A stretch of DNA of 64,000 nucleotides from SAR324 cluster bacterium (GTDB lineage: Bacteria; SAR324; NAC60-12), in the NCBI GenBank assembly GCA_022448485.1, contig JAKUUI010000003.1:3156-67155 (forward strand), written 5' to 3'. A program made the translations under genes and the position numbers. Each line of letters opens with the position of its first letter. Positions within the stretch are counted from its first letter, which is position 1. Below the pieces are notes generated by a model, which did no database searches, was not told the origin of the DNA, and saw only the letters and a list, made by a program, of their open reading frames with translations. Below, one piece after another: positions 53,612-63,553 of the stretch.

Positions 53612-55477
53612 ATGCAACAACGTAGAAAAAACACTTCTGGTTCTCACGGACCGGCATTGGATTTAGATTTTAAGGAACGCTTGGGTGCGCTCAGGAATCT
53701 TCCTGAATTTTTCAGTCTTATTTGGAGTTGCAATAATTGGCTGGCAGCCTTGAATATTTTGCTACGTGTCATCCGGGCCTCTTTGCCGCTCGCTATGCTT
53801 TATGTTGGCAAACTCATCATCGATGAAATTGTCCGGATTTCAGTAATTGCTAGCGGACCTGCCGTTGAAAATCCGGATATGTCGATTGTAACCATATATG
53901 TTTTGATCGAACTTGGTCTGGCTGTTTTCTCAGATTTGCTGGGACGTGGCATAGCATTGTTGGACAGTTTGCTCGGAGATTTGGTCTCGCATGAAATTTC
54001 TTTGCGTTTGATGCATCAATCGGCACGACTCGATTTGGAATGTTTTGAAGACTCTGATTTTTATGACAAACTTGAACGTGCACGACGTCAAGCATCAAGC
54101 CGGATTTTACTGATGTCTCAGGTTTTGGCACAACTGCAGGACAGTATCACCGTATTTTTTTTGGCAGCAGCATTGATCACATTTAACGCTTGGCTTTTGC
54201 TACTGCTGGCCATAACGCTTATTCCCGCATTTTTGGGTGAAACGCATTTTAACAGTCAAAGCTATTCGTTGATGTACGGCTGGACACAGGAACGCCGGGA
54301 ACTTGATTATTTACGTTTTGCAGGGGCCAGTGACGAAACAGCTAAAGAAGTAAAAATTTTTGGTTTGTCTGATTTCTTTGGCAGTCGCTACAAAAAGTTG
54401 GCAGGAGAATATTACCGTGCTAACAGGGATCTTTCGGCGCGTAGGGCTGCATGGGGCGGATTGCTTTCAATGGTTGGAAGTTTGGGTTATTACACAGCCT
54501 ATGCAGTGATCATTTATAGAACAGTATACGGAGAATTGTCTCTTGGTGATCTGACATTTCTTTCAGGCTCTTTTTTGCGTTTGCGCTCATTGATGGAAGC
54601 CATTCTGATTCGCTTTTCAAGCATTGCCGACAGTGCTCTTTATCTGAGGGACTTGTTTGATTTTCTTGAAATGGAACCACGGATAATCTCAATCGATAAT
54701 TCGTTGCCCTTTCCGGTTACTATTCGTAAAGGATTTACTTTTGAGAATGTGGGTTTCCGTTACCCGCAAATGAAACAGTGGGTTTTGCGGGATGTTTCTT
54801 TCACATTGCATCCCGGAGAAAAACTGGCTCTGGTAGGTGAAAATGGAGCAGGTAAAACCACACTTGTCAAACTGCTGACACGGCTCTACGATCCTGTCGA
54901 GGGGCGTATTATGCTGGATGGACACGATTTACGGAAATATAACCTGGATGGATTACGGGATGCGGTTGGGGTAATATTTCAAGATTATGTTAAGTATCAT
55001 TTAACGGCCACAGAAAACATTGCTGTCGGGCTGATAGATGAAAGAAACAATGAAACTCGTATTAAAGAAGCCGCCCGGCAGAGTTTGGCTGATAAAGTGA
55101 TTGAAAATCTTCCAAACGGATATCAGCAAATGATTGGACGCTGGTTCAAACAAGGTACTAATTTATCGGGAGGAGAATGGCAAAAAATAGCTATTGCTCG
55201 TGCCTACATGCGTGACGCACAACTGCTTATTTTGGATGAGCCTACTGCATCTTTGGACGCAAGGGCTGAAAACGAAGTTTTCCGGCGTTTTGTAGAATTG
55301 ACGTTTGACAAGTGTGCTGTCCTGATTTCTCATCGTTTCTCTACGGTACGCATGGCCGACCGGATTGTTGTTTTGCATGAAGGTAAGTTGTTAGAACATG
55401 GAACGCATGACGAACTATTGGCTGTAGGAGGGCGATACAGCGAATTATTTCAAATGCAGGCCGCTGGATATTGTTGA
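53612..55477 (+). CDS. ABC exporter, fused permease/ATPase (type-1 exporter fold)
   Basis: 621 aa. A six-TM N-terminal half is followed by Walker A GENGAGKTT, the signature LSGGEWQK and Walker B LLILDEPT. Confidence 0.85.
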   Translation: MQQRRKNTSGSHGPALDLDFKERLGALRNLPEFFSLIWSCNNWLAALNILLRVIRASLPLAMLYVGKLIIDEIVRISVIASGPAVENPDMSIVTIYVLIELGLAVFSDLLGRGIALLDSLLGDLVSHEISLRLMHQSARLDLECFEDSDFYDKLERARRQASSRILLMSQVLAQLQDSITVFFLAAALITFNAWLLLLLAITLIPAFLGETHFNSQSYSLMYGWTQERRELDYLRFAGASDETAKEVKIFGLSDFFGSRYKKLAGEYYRANRDLSARRAAWGGLLSMVGSLGYYTAYAVIIYRTVYGELSLGDLTFLSGSFLRLRSLMEAILIRFSSIADSALYLRDLFDFLEMEPRIISIDNSLPFPVTIRKGFTFENVGFRYPQMKQWVLRDVSFTLHPGEKLALVGENGAGKTTLVKLLTRLYDPVEGRIMLDGHDLRKYNLDGLRDAVGVIFQDYVKYHLTATENIAVGLIDERNNETRIKEAARQSLADKVIENLPNGYQQMIGRWFKQGTNLSGGEWQKIAIARAYMRDAQLLILDEPTASLDARAENEVFRRFVELTFDKCAVLISHRFSTVRMADRIVVLHEGKLLEHGTHDELLAVGGRYSELFQMQAAGYC

Positions 55478-55510
55478 CGAATCTATGGTAATTTTCGTCT
55501 ACAAAAACCC

Positions 55511-56929
55511 TCAGGAGAATTTTGGACGTTTTTCTGCACAATCCATAATTTTCCGGACATGTCTTGAAACTTCAAGGATTTTTTGAGAAGGTCCCTGCAG
55601 AGCATTCGAAAGACGGCGGGTAGTGAATAGAATTTTTAATTTTTGAGAAGAAAGTTTTTGAAAGTCCAGCAACGGGAATTCATTTTTGAGATTGATCAAA
55701 AATCGACGCACTCCCGTCTGTCCGTGATTGTATGCTGACGAGGCCAGTATAACTCTTGCTTCCGGAGGTATATCAAAAACCTGTTTGTTATTACGCCATT
55801 GATAGCGGTAATAATGATTGAAGAGTATTGTAGACAAAAGAATATTTGTTTCAATGTTATAGGCACTTGCTTGTGAGCTTGCATATTCTTTTTCAAGCAT
55901 CTGTGAAAAGACTTTGTGCATGTGTGCATGATTGCCGTAGAGAATATGCCCTCGTCTTAGCTTTTTGCTTAATAACCACAGTAAGCTGGTATTTTCTCCA
56001 TATGACTGTCCCTCTTTTACGAGCTCTTTCCCTACTTCCCGCATGAAAGCAGAGGTAATTCGTGTAAATTTAACTTCTTCAGGAATAGGGGAAATTTTAG
56101 CAAAATCTATTTTGAAGCCTAGGTTTGCCAGCCATTTTTGTATTTGAGGGTCAGTATAAACTTGATTTAGATGATTCGCTGTTCTTTGTAATTTCGTCTC
56201 CATTTTTGAAGAATTCCTTAAGCGCCGCACTTCTTCTAACCCTATACTGGTGAGTTGTCCAATGCCTTTTGCACCAGTTGCACTGTTAGCTAGGAAATCA
56301 AATTTTGACTCCTGAAAAAACAAACAGAAAAGTGAAGGGTAGGGTACCTCAAAAGAATTTGCAGCTACCTGAATGGACATTAAAACCCGAAGTAAACGTT
56401 CCTCGGAAAACCCGTAAGCATTATTCGAGGAAAATCGCTTAATTACTTCACGATACCAGCGGCTATCAATGATGTGGTCTGCTAATCCTTCTAAATCTAC
56501 TTGGGTGGGCAAACTTTCTGTGCCTCGATTGAATCTTCTTCTGCTGATCTCCTCGAACTGTATAATCATCATGATTATCCTACGCATACTATCGTTGATG
56601 TGTTTAAACTTTTTCTTATCGAAGTAAGATCTATCCAGATTCCCAGTGAATTGCATTTCTTGGATTTTGCTTAAATCCTGTGAGGATTTCAGTATTTCTA
56701 TAGGTGTCTTTGAATTTGGACGATAATCTTGGTCTCTAGGTTTGACCAACACATATGGTAAATGTTTAGGTTGAGGATTTGGAGGGAGGGAATAATCTGT
56801 GATTTTCTGTAATCTGCTAGTTTCTGGGATGATCAGGGGAAGGAAGAGAAATATCAAAAATGAAAAAGGCAATAATACAGAATGCCTCAATAAAGTCAGA
56901 ATAATAAAAAATTTTCGATTAAACCCCAT
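55511..56929 (-). CDS. Membrane-anchored protein with a lytic transglycosylase (SLT)-like domain
   Basis: 472 aa with an N-terminal TM segment. The central FFQESKFDFLANSATGAKGIGQLT resembles the SLT catalytic E-S...GLMQ motif. Confidence 0.6.
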   Translation of the reverse strand: MGFNRKFFIILTLLRHSVLLPFSFLIFLFLPLIIPETSRLQKITDYSLPPNPQPKHLPYVLVKPRDQDYRPNSKTPIEILKSSQDLSKIQEMQFTGNLDRSYFDKKKFKHINDSMRRIIMMIIQFEEISRRRFNRGTESLPTQVDLEGLADHIIDSRWYREVIKRFSSNNAYGFSEERLLRVLMSIQVAANSFEVPYPSLFCLFFQESKFDFLANSATGAKGIGQLTSIGLEEVRRLRNSSKMETKLQRTANHLNQVYTDPQIQKWLANLGFKIDFAKISPIPEEVKFTRITSAFMREVGKELVKEGQSYGENTSLLWLLSKKLRRGHILYGNHAHMHKVFSQMLEKEYASSQASAYNIETNILLSTILFNHYYRYQWRNNKQVFDIPPEARVILASSAYNHGQTGVRRFLINLKNEFPLLDFQKLSSQKLKILFTTRRLSNALQGPSQKILEVSRHVRKIMDCAEKRPKFS

Positions 56930-58153
56930 CTTTTATATGTCGCAAATCCATTTGCTGTTTTTCTTACGCACAAATTCTCTTAATTTATTGGTTGAGATTC
57001 GCGAAGAATTTTTCCTGTCCATGGAAAGGCTTCAGTAGCAGACTCACTCATACATTGTAATGTAATTCGAAGTGTAAAATCAACAAAAAAGAACACCAAT
57101 AATATGTATAAGTTCATAAATATATGATAATAAATATAAATAATTATAATAAATAAAAGTTTTATTGTATTTATGCAAAATTAATTAACAACAAAGTTGT
57201 TTAACATTAAGCAACTAAGGGATACAAAAAAATGATATTAATTTTTTATTTTAGATATCGGAAAAAATTTTTGTAGAAAGCAAAATATGAAAAAGTCTTT
57301 AAATCAACTTGCTTACACAAAAGAAGAAAGTCTGAGATATTTGACATAATTCTGAATACTGTGTTTTTCAACAATAGATGAGGGTAGATGGTCTTTAAGT
57401 TGTGACGATCTTTTTGTGCTCTATGAAAGCAGTCATATTTATATCAGCGCATTAGTTGTTCAAAATAGTAACCTTATCAATGGTAAATGGGCTTTAATCA
57501 CGTACATTGAACTTGAAGAGCGGTCTAATGCCAAATTAAGGATATTTCATCAAAAGTATTAGAAAAATTTATCAAATTTCTGGTGTACGGGCATATGAGT
57601 TGTCGAATATGTCTGCGTAATTTTCAATGTTAAATTTTCAAAAAACAACTACAGGTAGAACCTGATGAATGCATTGATTATGGAGTATTTTCGGGATTTT
57701 TTTGACAGATATGATTCCTAAATAATTCTTTTTTTCAAGACGATGGCGTCGTGAAAATAGCCTCAATTATTTCTATTTTGTGGCTAATAAAATGGAGAGA
57801 AAAATTATTAAAAAAATAAGCAAAAACATAGAATGACTCAATGAAGTCGGAATCATCAGAAATTAAATGGGGGTTTTGCCTTTTTCGAACTCTCAAGCTT
57901 ATTAATTTACCTCTCACCAGTTTGTAAAATTATAAAGTAAAAGTTTGAAAAACAAGGATTCACCTTGTAACAGTAGCAATGATCAGGTTAAATCGTAATA
58001 GTATATTTGGCTTAAAAAACCATTTTTCTTGATCCAACAAAACAATGGTCACTTCAAAGTCACGACCGTTTCAGCTTTTTTCGTATTTAAGGGATAAAAT
58101 TCGATGGAATCAAGTAGTTCTCAAAATCAAAACTTCAATCTGCAAAGGCTTTA

Positions 58154-59560
58154 TTGAATAATACACAAAAATCCTCTCGTCAGGTAGATGTGGCCGTTAT
58201 TGGTGCCGGTTCTGCTGGACTACCAGCTTTTCGTGCAGCAAGAAAATATACTGAGAATATTGTACTCATCGAAGGAGGAACTTACGGGACTACCTGTGCC
58301 CGTGTAGGTTGTATGCCAAGCAAACTTTTAATTGCGGCTGCAGAAGCAGCACATTCTGTTGAAGCTGCTTCTGGATTCGGAGTTCATGCTTCAAAACCAA
58401 CAATTAATGGGGAAGAAGTCATGGGACGTGTTCGCAGAGAACGTGATCGCTTTGTAAGTTTTGTCCTCAAAGATGTAGAAAATATAGATGAAAAACACCT
58501 TATCCGCAAACACGCGACGTTTCTAGACGACCGCACTCTTCAAGTAGGCGACTCTACAATTGATGCAAAAACAATTGTGATTGCAACTGGTTCTTCACCT
58601 ATAGTCTTGCCTATGTTTGATGAAATAGGAGACCGTCTGATTGTCAACGATGATATATTCGAGTGGGAAACTCTTCCGGAATCAGTTGCTGTTTTTGGGT
58701 CAGGTGTTATTGGACTAGAACTCGGGCAAGCAATGCATCGACTCGGAGTTCGTATAAGGTTGTTTGGACGTTCTGGATCAATTAAACCTCTGAGCGATAT
58801 GGCTATCAGGGATTATGCTGAAAAGGTGTTTAAATCTGAATTTTTCCTGGATACGAAAGCCAACTTGCTCGGATTGGAGCGTGTAGTAAATAAAGTCAAG
58901 ATTCGTTTTGTAGATCATGAAGATGGAATTGAAAAGGCTGAAAAATTTGATTACGTATTAGTGGCAACTGGGCGTTCTCCCAACGTCAAAGGTTTAGGGT
59001 TGGAAAATACGAGCCTTAAGTTGGATTCAAGAGGAGTTCCAATCTTTGACCCTGCTACAATGCAATGTGGTAACTCATCGGTATTTATTGCCGGAGATGC
59101 AAATAACATATTGCCATTACAGCATGAGGCAGCTGATGAGGGATACATTGCAGGTGACAATGCCGGACGCTTTCCGGAGATTAAACCAGGGCTACGCCGG
59201 TCTCCATTGGCGATTGTTTTTTGTGATCCACAAATTGCCATGGTTGGCCAATCATGGAAGGAAATTGAAGGGCAGAAAGACGTGGTAGTAGGAAAAATAT
59301 TTTTTGAAGGTCAGGGCCGAAGCAGGGTAATTCTCAAAAACAAGGGGTTGATGCATATCTATGCAGACCGAAACTCTGGACTATTTCTCGGTAGCGAGTT
59401 CATTGGCCCGCAGGCGGAACATCTGGCACACCTGCTGTCATGGGCGCACCAACAAAAAATGACAATTCCACAAATGCTGCAAATGCCATTCTATCATCCG
59501 GTAATTGAAGAAGGTCTTCGCACTGCACTTCGGGATGTCAGTGCGCAGTTGAGTCTGTGA
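58154..59560 (+). CDS. Class-I pyridine nucleotide-disulfide oxidoreductase (dihydrolipoyl dehydrogenase family)
   Basis: 468 aa with a TTG start and AAAGG upstream. FAD fold VAVIGAGSAGL, redox-active pair GTTCARVGCMPSK, and a C-terminal dimerisation domain with HPVIEE. Confidence 0.8.
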   Translation: MNNTQKSSRQVDVAVIGAGSAGLPAFRAARKYTENIVLIEGGTYGTTCARVGCMPSKLLIAAAEAAHSVEAASGFGVHASKPTINGEEVMGRVRRERDRFVSFVLKDVENIDEKHLIRKHATFLDDRTLQVGDSTIDAKTIVIATGSSPIVLPMFDEIGDRLIVNDDIFEWETLPESVAVFGSGVIGLELGQAMHRLGVRIRLFGRSGSIKPLSDMAIRDYAEKVFKSEFFLDTKANLLGLERVVNKVKIRFVDHEDGIEKAEKFDYVLVATGRSPNVKGLGLENTSLKLDSRGVPIFDPATMQCGNSSVFIAGDANNILPLQHEAADEGYIAGDNAGRFPEIKPGLRRSPLAIVFCDPQIAMVGQSWKEIEGQKDVVVGKIFFEGQGRSRVILKNKGLMHIYADRNSGLFLGSEFIGPQAEHLAHLLSWAHQQKMTIPQMLQMPFYHPVIEEGLRTALRDVSAQLSL

Positions 59561-59620
59561 TTATCTGAGCCACAGCAAGGTGTACGTTAAACTGTTTGAA
59601 ATTTCAGCTGTATGACATAA

Positions 59621-60739
59621 ATGCACGAAAAATACTATGACGTAATCATTATCGGAGGTGGACCTGCTGGATTGTTTGCTGGTATCGTTTGTGCCAGAAA
59701 TAATCTAAAGACATTGATCTTGGAAAAGCAGGCATATCCCATTGACAAAGCTTGTGGAGAAGGAATTATGCCTACCGGAGTTGAGCATCTCCGGGAGTTG
59801 GGAATTGCTCCTTTTGTCGAAAAATATCCGTACCATTATTTCAAGGGAATCCGTTATATTTCCGGAAAAGGTAGAACGGCAGAAGCTAATTTTGCAGAAG
59901 GTTCAGGATGGGGAATCCAGCGTGTTGTATTTTCTTCAGCATTGCTTGAATGTGCCGCTACTTTGTCGAACCTGGAAATTCGAGCAGGAGCATCTGCTGT
60001 TTATACTTTGGGGGAAAATCCGAAAGTTAACTTAAATAATACAGTTTTGTGTCCAAAGCTCTTGATTGGCGCAGATGGTTTGCACTCGCAGGTTCGAAAA
60101 CTGGCAAATCTGGAAGCATTGTTTCCCAAACTTAAACGCTGGGGGGTACGGCAGCATTTCAATGTTGAGCCCTGGAGCGTGTTTGTTGAAATTTACTGGG
60201 GTCCCGGACTTGAAGCCTATGTGACGCCGGTTTCTGTTTCCAGTGTGAATGTGAGTTTATTGTGGGACGCAAAGCGCTACAAACCAGAGCATGGAGGCAA
60301 AAAACTGTTTGCCTCACTGCTTAAGGAATTTCCGGAATTGCAGGAACGCATAAATAAAGAGGATGTTATGGACGAGTCGATGGCAGCAGGTCCGCTGTAT
60401 CAGAAAACATGGAGTGTCGCGAATGGAAAAATTTTGTTGATTGGCGATGCTGCCGGCTTTTTTGACCCTATTACTGGAGAGGGTATCAGTCTTGCGGCAA
60501 AGCAGGCTCTTTTGTTGGAAAAAATTGTAATACCCATTTTGCAGAAAAAAAATGAAAATCTTGAAAAGAGACTTGCCGAATACTCGCGGGAATTCACACA
60601 AATATACCGTCCGTATCATGCCATGACCAGACTGGTGCTTTTATTTCGATTGTGGCCGAAGTTGACAGATCGTGTGATTCAGGTTTTGCACTCTTTTCCT
60701 GCATTATTTCAAAAACTGCTGTCTGTCAACATGCGCTAA
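59621..60739 (+). CDS. FAD-dependent oxidoreductase (geranylgeranyl-reductase / flavin monooxygenase-like)
   Basis: 372 aa with YDVIIIGGGPAGLFAG, DKACGEGIMP and LIGDAAGFFDPITGEGIS. Confidence 0.8.
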   Translation: MHEKYYDVIIIGGGPAGLFAGIVCARNNLKTLILEKQAYPIDKACGEGIMPTGVEHLRELGIAPFVEKYPYHYFKGIRYISGKGRTAEANFAEGSGWGIQRVVFSSALLECAATLSNLEIRAGASAVYTLGENPKVNLNNTVLCPKLLIGADGLHSQVRKLANLEALFPKLKRWGVRQHFNVEPWSVFVEIYWGPGLEAYVTPVSVSSVNVSLLWDAKRYKPEHGGKKLFASLLKEFPELQERINKEDVMDESMAAGPLYQKTWSVANGKILLIGDAAGFFDPITGEGISLAAKQALLLEKIVIPILQKKNENLEKRLAEYSREFTQIYRPYHAMTRLVLLFRLWPKLTDRVIQVLHSFPALFQKLLSVNMR

Positions 60740-60830
60740 ATTAGAAGAGCTGGTTTGCGAAGCGTAACACGGCATCTGCGTATGATTTTAAACTATTGTA
60801 GGTCTTTAAGCTGGAATTCGAACTGTTAAT

Positions 60831-62078
60831 TTGGAAACAAAACAACGAGTAGTAGTAACTGGGCGAGGAGTGATTTCACCAATCGGCAGTTCGATATCTG
60901 ATTATTGGGAAAGCCTCCGCATGGGGGTATCTGGTGTACGTAAAATTATAGAATTTGACCCGACCGGATCTGCCTGCCAAATTGCAGGAATTGTTACAGA
61001 TTTTGATTCTGACGCTCATTTTAATCTTCGAGAAAAAAAAAGCTATGAGCGTTTCACTCAGTTTGGTCTGGCTGCGGCATTTCAAGCTGCTGAAGAAGCA
61101 GAGCTTCAGGAGTTGGAAGATGATTCCGGAGAAATTGGCGTTATAATGGGAACGGGAGTGGGTGGAATAACCTCTTATGCAAAAGCGTACGATGCACTTT
61201 TTGCTGGACCGGAAGAACGGCCAATTGACGCTTATACCATTCCTCGCATAATGAACAGTGCGGTTTCTTCTGCCATTGCAATAAGTTTGGGATTGCGAGG
61301 ACCGAATTTTACACTGAATACAGCTTGTTCTTCCGGTGGCAATGCAGTCGGTCAGGCAATGCAGTGGATTCGAGAAGGGCGAACACGTGCTGTTATCTGC
61401 GGTGGTACAGAGGCTCCCGTCACTTACGGGCTTCTTCGCGCTTGGGATGCATTAGGTGTACTCTCACGCAAACATAACGGAACTCCAGAAACTGCCTGTA
61501 GACCTTTTGATAAAAATCGTAGCGGCTTTGTACTGGCAGAAGGAGCGGCAGTATTAGTGCTTGAATCATTGGAATCTGCCCAAAAACGGAATGTTCCGGT
61601 ACTAGGTGAAATCGCAGGCTTTGGTTCGAACTGTGATGCCACCAGTTTGACAAATCCGGACGAAAATGGGGTGGCAGACGCAATTAGGTTAGCTCTGGAT
61701 GATGCTGAACTAAATCCCGAAGACATTGGATACATCAATGCTCACGGAACAGGAACCCGTCTTAATGATCCGCTTGAATGTAGGGCTATACACCAAATAT
61801 TTGGTGGTAGAGCAGCAACGTTGCCAGTCAGTTCTAACAAATCCGTTTTTGGTCATTCGATGGGTGCATCTTCCGCGCTGGAGGCTCTCGCTACCCTGCT
61901 GGCAGTACAGAATGATTGTGCTCCGCCAACTCTCAATTGCGACTACCAGGATCCTGAGTGTGCTATTGATACTGTATCCCACAATTCGAGGAAAGTAACC
62001 ATAGATGCTGCACTTTCCAATTCCTTCGCCTTTGGGGGAAGTAATGCTGTCCTTGCTTTTAGAAAATGGAAACCATAA
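60831..62078 (+). CDS. Beta-ketoacyl-ACP synthase (KAS I/II type)
   Basis: 415 aa with a TTG start. The Cys-His-His triad contexts are NTACSSGG, INAHGTGT and FGHSMGAS. Confidence 0.88.
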   Translation: METKQRVVVTGRGVISPIGSSISDYWESLRMGVSGVRKIIEFDPTGSACQIAGIVTDFDSDAHFNLREKKSYERFTQFGLAAAFQAAEEAELQELEDDSGEIGVIMGTGVGGITSYAKAYDALFAGPEERPIDAYTIPRIMNSAVSSAIAISLGLRGPNFTLNTACSSGGNAVGQAMQWIREGRTRAVICGGTEAPVTYGLLRAWDALGVLSRKHNGTPETACRPFDKNRSGFVLAEGAAVLVLESLESAQKRNVPVLGEIAGFGSNCDATSLTNPDENGVADAIRLALDDAELNPEDIGYINAHGTGTRLNDPLECRAIHQIFGGRAATLPVSSNKSVFGHSMGASSALEALATLLAVQNDCAPPTLNCDYQDPECAIDTVSHNSRKVTIDAALSNSFAFGGSNAVLAFRKWKP

Positions 62079-62320
62079 CACGCAATACAATTGAACAAAC
62101 TTGTCTTGAAGCCATTGCAAAGGAAATGGGCTTGAAATCAAGTGATCTCAATGCAGAAATGAATTTGCGCGATGATTTGGATATAGTCTCACTTGATGCC
62201 ATGAACATCATCATGGCACTAGAAGATGAATTCAAAATTGAGGCTGATATAGAAACAATCTTAGAAATGCAGAAAGTGTCTGATATTGTAGATCATTTGT
62301 CTGAACGCATTAATGTTTGA
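62066..62320 (+). CDS. Acyl carrier protein
   Basis: 84 aa. LRDDLDIVSLDAMNIIMALEDEF is an ACP-like helix II with the phosphopantetheinyl Ser in (D/V)SLD. It overlaps the ketosynthase gene by 13 nt. Confidence 0.75.
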   Translation: METITRNTIEQTCLEAIAKEMGLKSSDLNAEMNLRDDLDIVSLDAMNIIMALEDEFKIEADIETILEMQKVSDIVDHLSERINV

Positions 62321-62395
62321 AAAAGACTTTCTTCTGCTGAAAAAATCCTGATATTTCATTTTTATCAATATCCATGATATAGACCATTCCAGCCG

Positions 62396-63553
62396 ATGCC
62401 CCAAATAATCAGTACTGCCACAGCTTTCCCGGTGCACTATCACTCACAGGATGAAATGAGTTCTGCGTTAAGGGCGGCATGGATCAAAAAAGGTTTAGAT
62501 GTTGCGGTCTTTGACCGTCTGCAAAAAGCAGTAACAGTTGAAGGCAGATATCTGGCTTTGCCCATGTCTGAATATTACAAGCTGGACGGTTTTACTGACT
62601 GTAACCGTGCATGGCTGAAAGTGGCTTTAGAACTAGGCGAGAGCGTTATTTCGGATTTACTGGAAAAAACGAGATTGCCTGCGGAAGAAATTAAGCTACT
62701 GATGAGCACAACAGTCACTGGAGTGGCAGTGCCTTCTTTGGAAGCGCGATTGATGAACCGGATAGATTTTGCATCGGATTTAAAGAGGATTCCTTTGTTT
62801 GGTTTGGGGTGTCTCGCTGGAACTGCAGGTATCGCCCGTGTTGCTGATTATTTGAAAGGTTATCCTGATGAAGCAGCCATTTTGCTTTCTGTAGAGCTTT
62901 GTTCATTAACTCTGCAGGCGGAAGACCTTTCGGTTGCAAACATCATTTCCAGTGGGCTCTTCGGTGATGGTGCAGCAGCTGTTTTACTGGTTGGTGATAA
63001 ACATGCGCTAGCAAATGAAGTTGAGGTACAAAGAGTAAAAAACACTGAGTTTCAACATTTCAATGGTTCAAGTGAGAAAAGCCAAAAGCAGGCTGAACTT
63101 TCTCATCCACAGGTTTTAAGCAGTCGCTCCATTTTCTTTCCTGATTCAGAAGAAGTCATGGGATGGGATGTCACAGACCGTGGATTGAAAATTGTCTTGG
63201 GGCAGGGTGTTCCCGGTTATGCATCACAGTTGCGTCCGCATGTGGAAAGTTTCCTCTCAGAGTTTGGACTTGCCTTGACTGATGTAGCTGTTTGGCTGAC
63301 ACATCCTGGAGGACCGAAAGTGATTGATGCGATTGAGTCCGGCTTGGACTTGCCTACAAAAACACTGGATAGAACACGTAAACATCTTCGTGAAATAGGT
63401 AATCTTTCTTCAACTTCAGTCTTAGTTCTACTTGACGAATGTTTGAATGGTCCATTACCGGAAATAGCAGGAAAGTCTTGTGTGTGCAGATATGGAATGA
63501 TGCTGTCAATGGGTCCGGCATTTTCCGCTGAATTAGTATTGCTGAAATGGTGA
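62396..63553 (+). CDS. Type III polyketide synthase (chalcone/stilbene synthase superfamily; BpsA/SrsA-like)
   Basis: 385 aa. PSLEARLMN, active-site Cys in RIPLFGLGCLAGTAG, LCSLTLQ, FGDGAAAVLL, His in WLTHPGGPKVID, and Asn in REIGNLSSTSVL. Confidence 0.88.
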   Translation: MPQIISTATAFPVHYHSQDEMSSALRAAWIKKGLDVAVFDRLQKAVTVEGRYLALPMSEYYKLDGFTDCNRAWLKVALELGESVISDLLEKTRLPAEEIKLLMSTTVTGVAVPSLEARLMNRIDFASDLKRIPLFGLGCLAGTAGIARVADYLKGYPDEAAILLSVELCSLTLQAEDLSVANIISSGLFGDGAAAVLLVGDKHALANEVEVQRVKNTEFQHFNGSSEKSQKQAELSHPQVLSSRSIFFPDSEEVMGWDVTDRGLKIVLGQGVPGYASQLRPHVESFLSEFGLALTDVAVWLTHPGGPKVIDAIESGLDLPTKTLDRTRKHLREIGNLSSTSVLVLLDECLNGPLPEIAGKSCVCRYGMMLSMGPAFSAELVLLKW

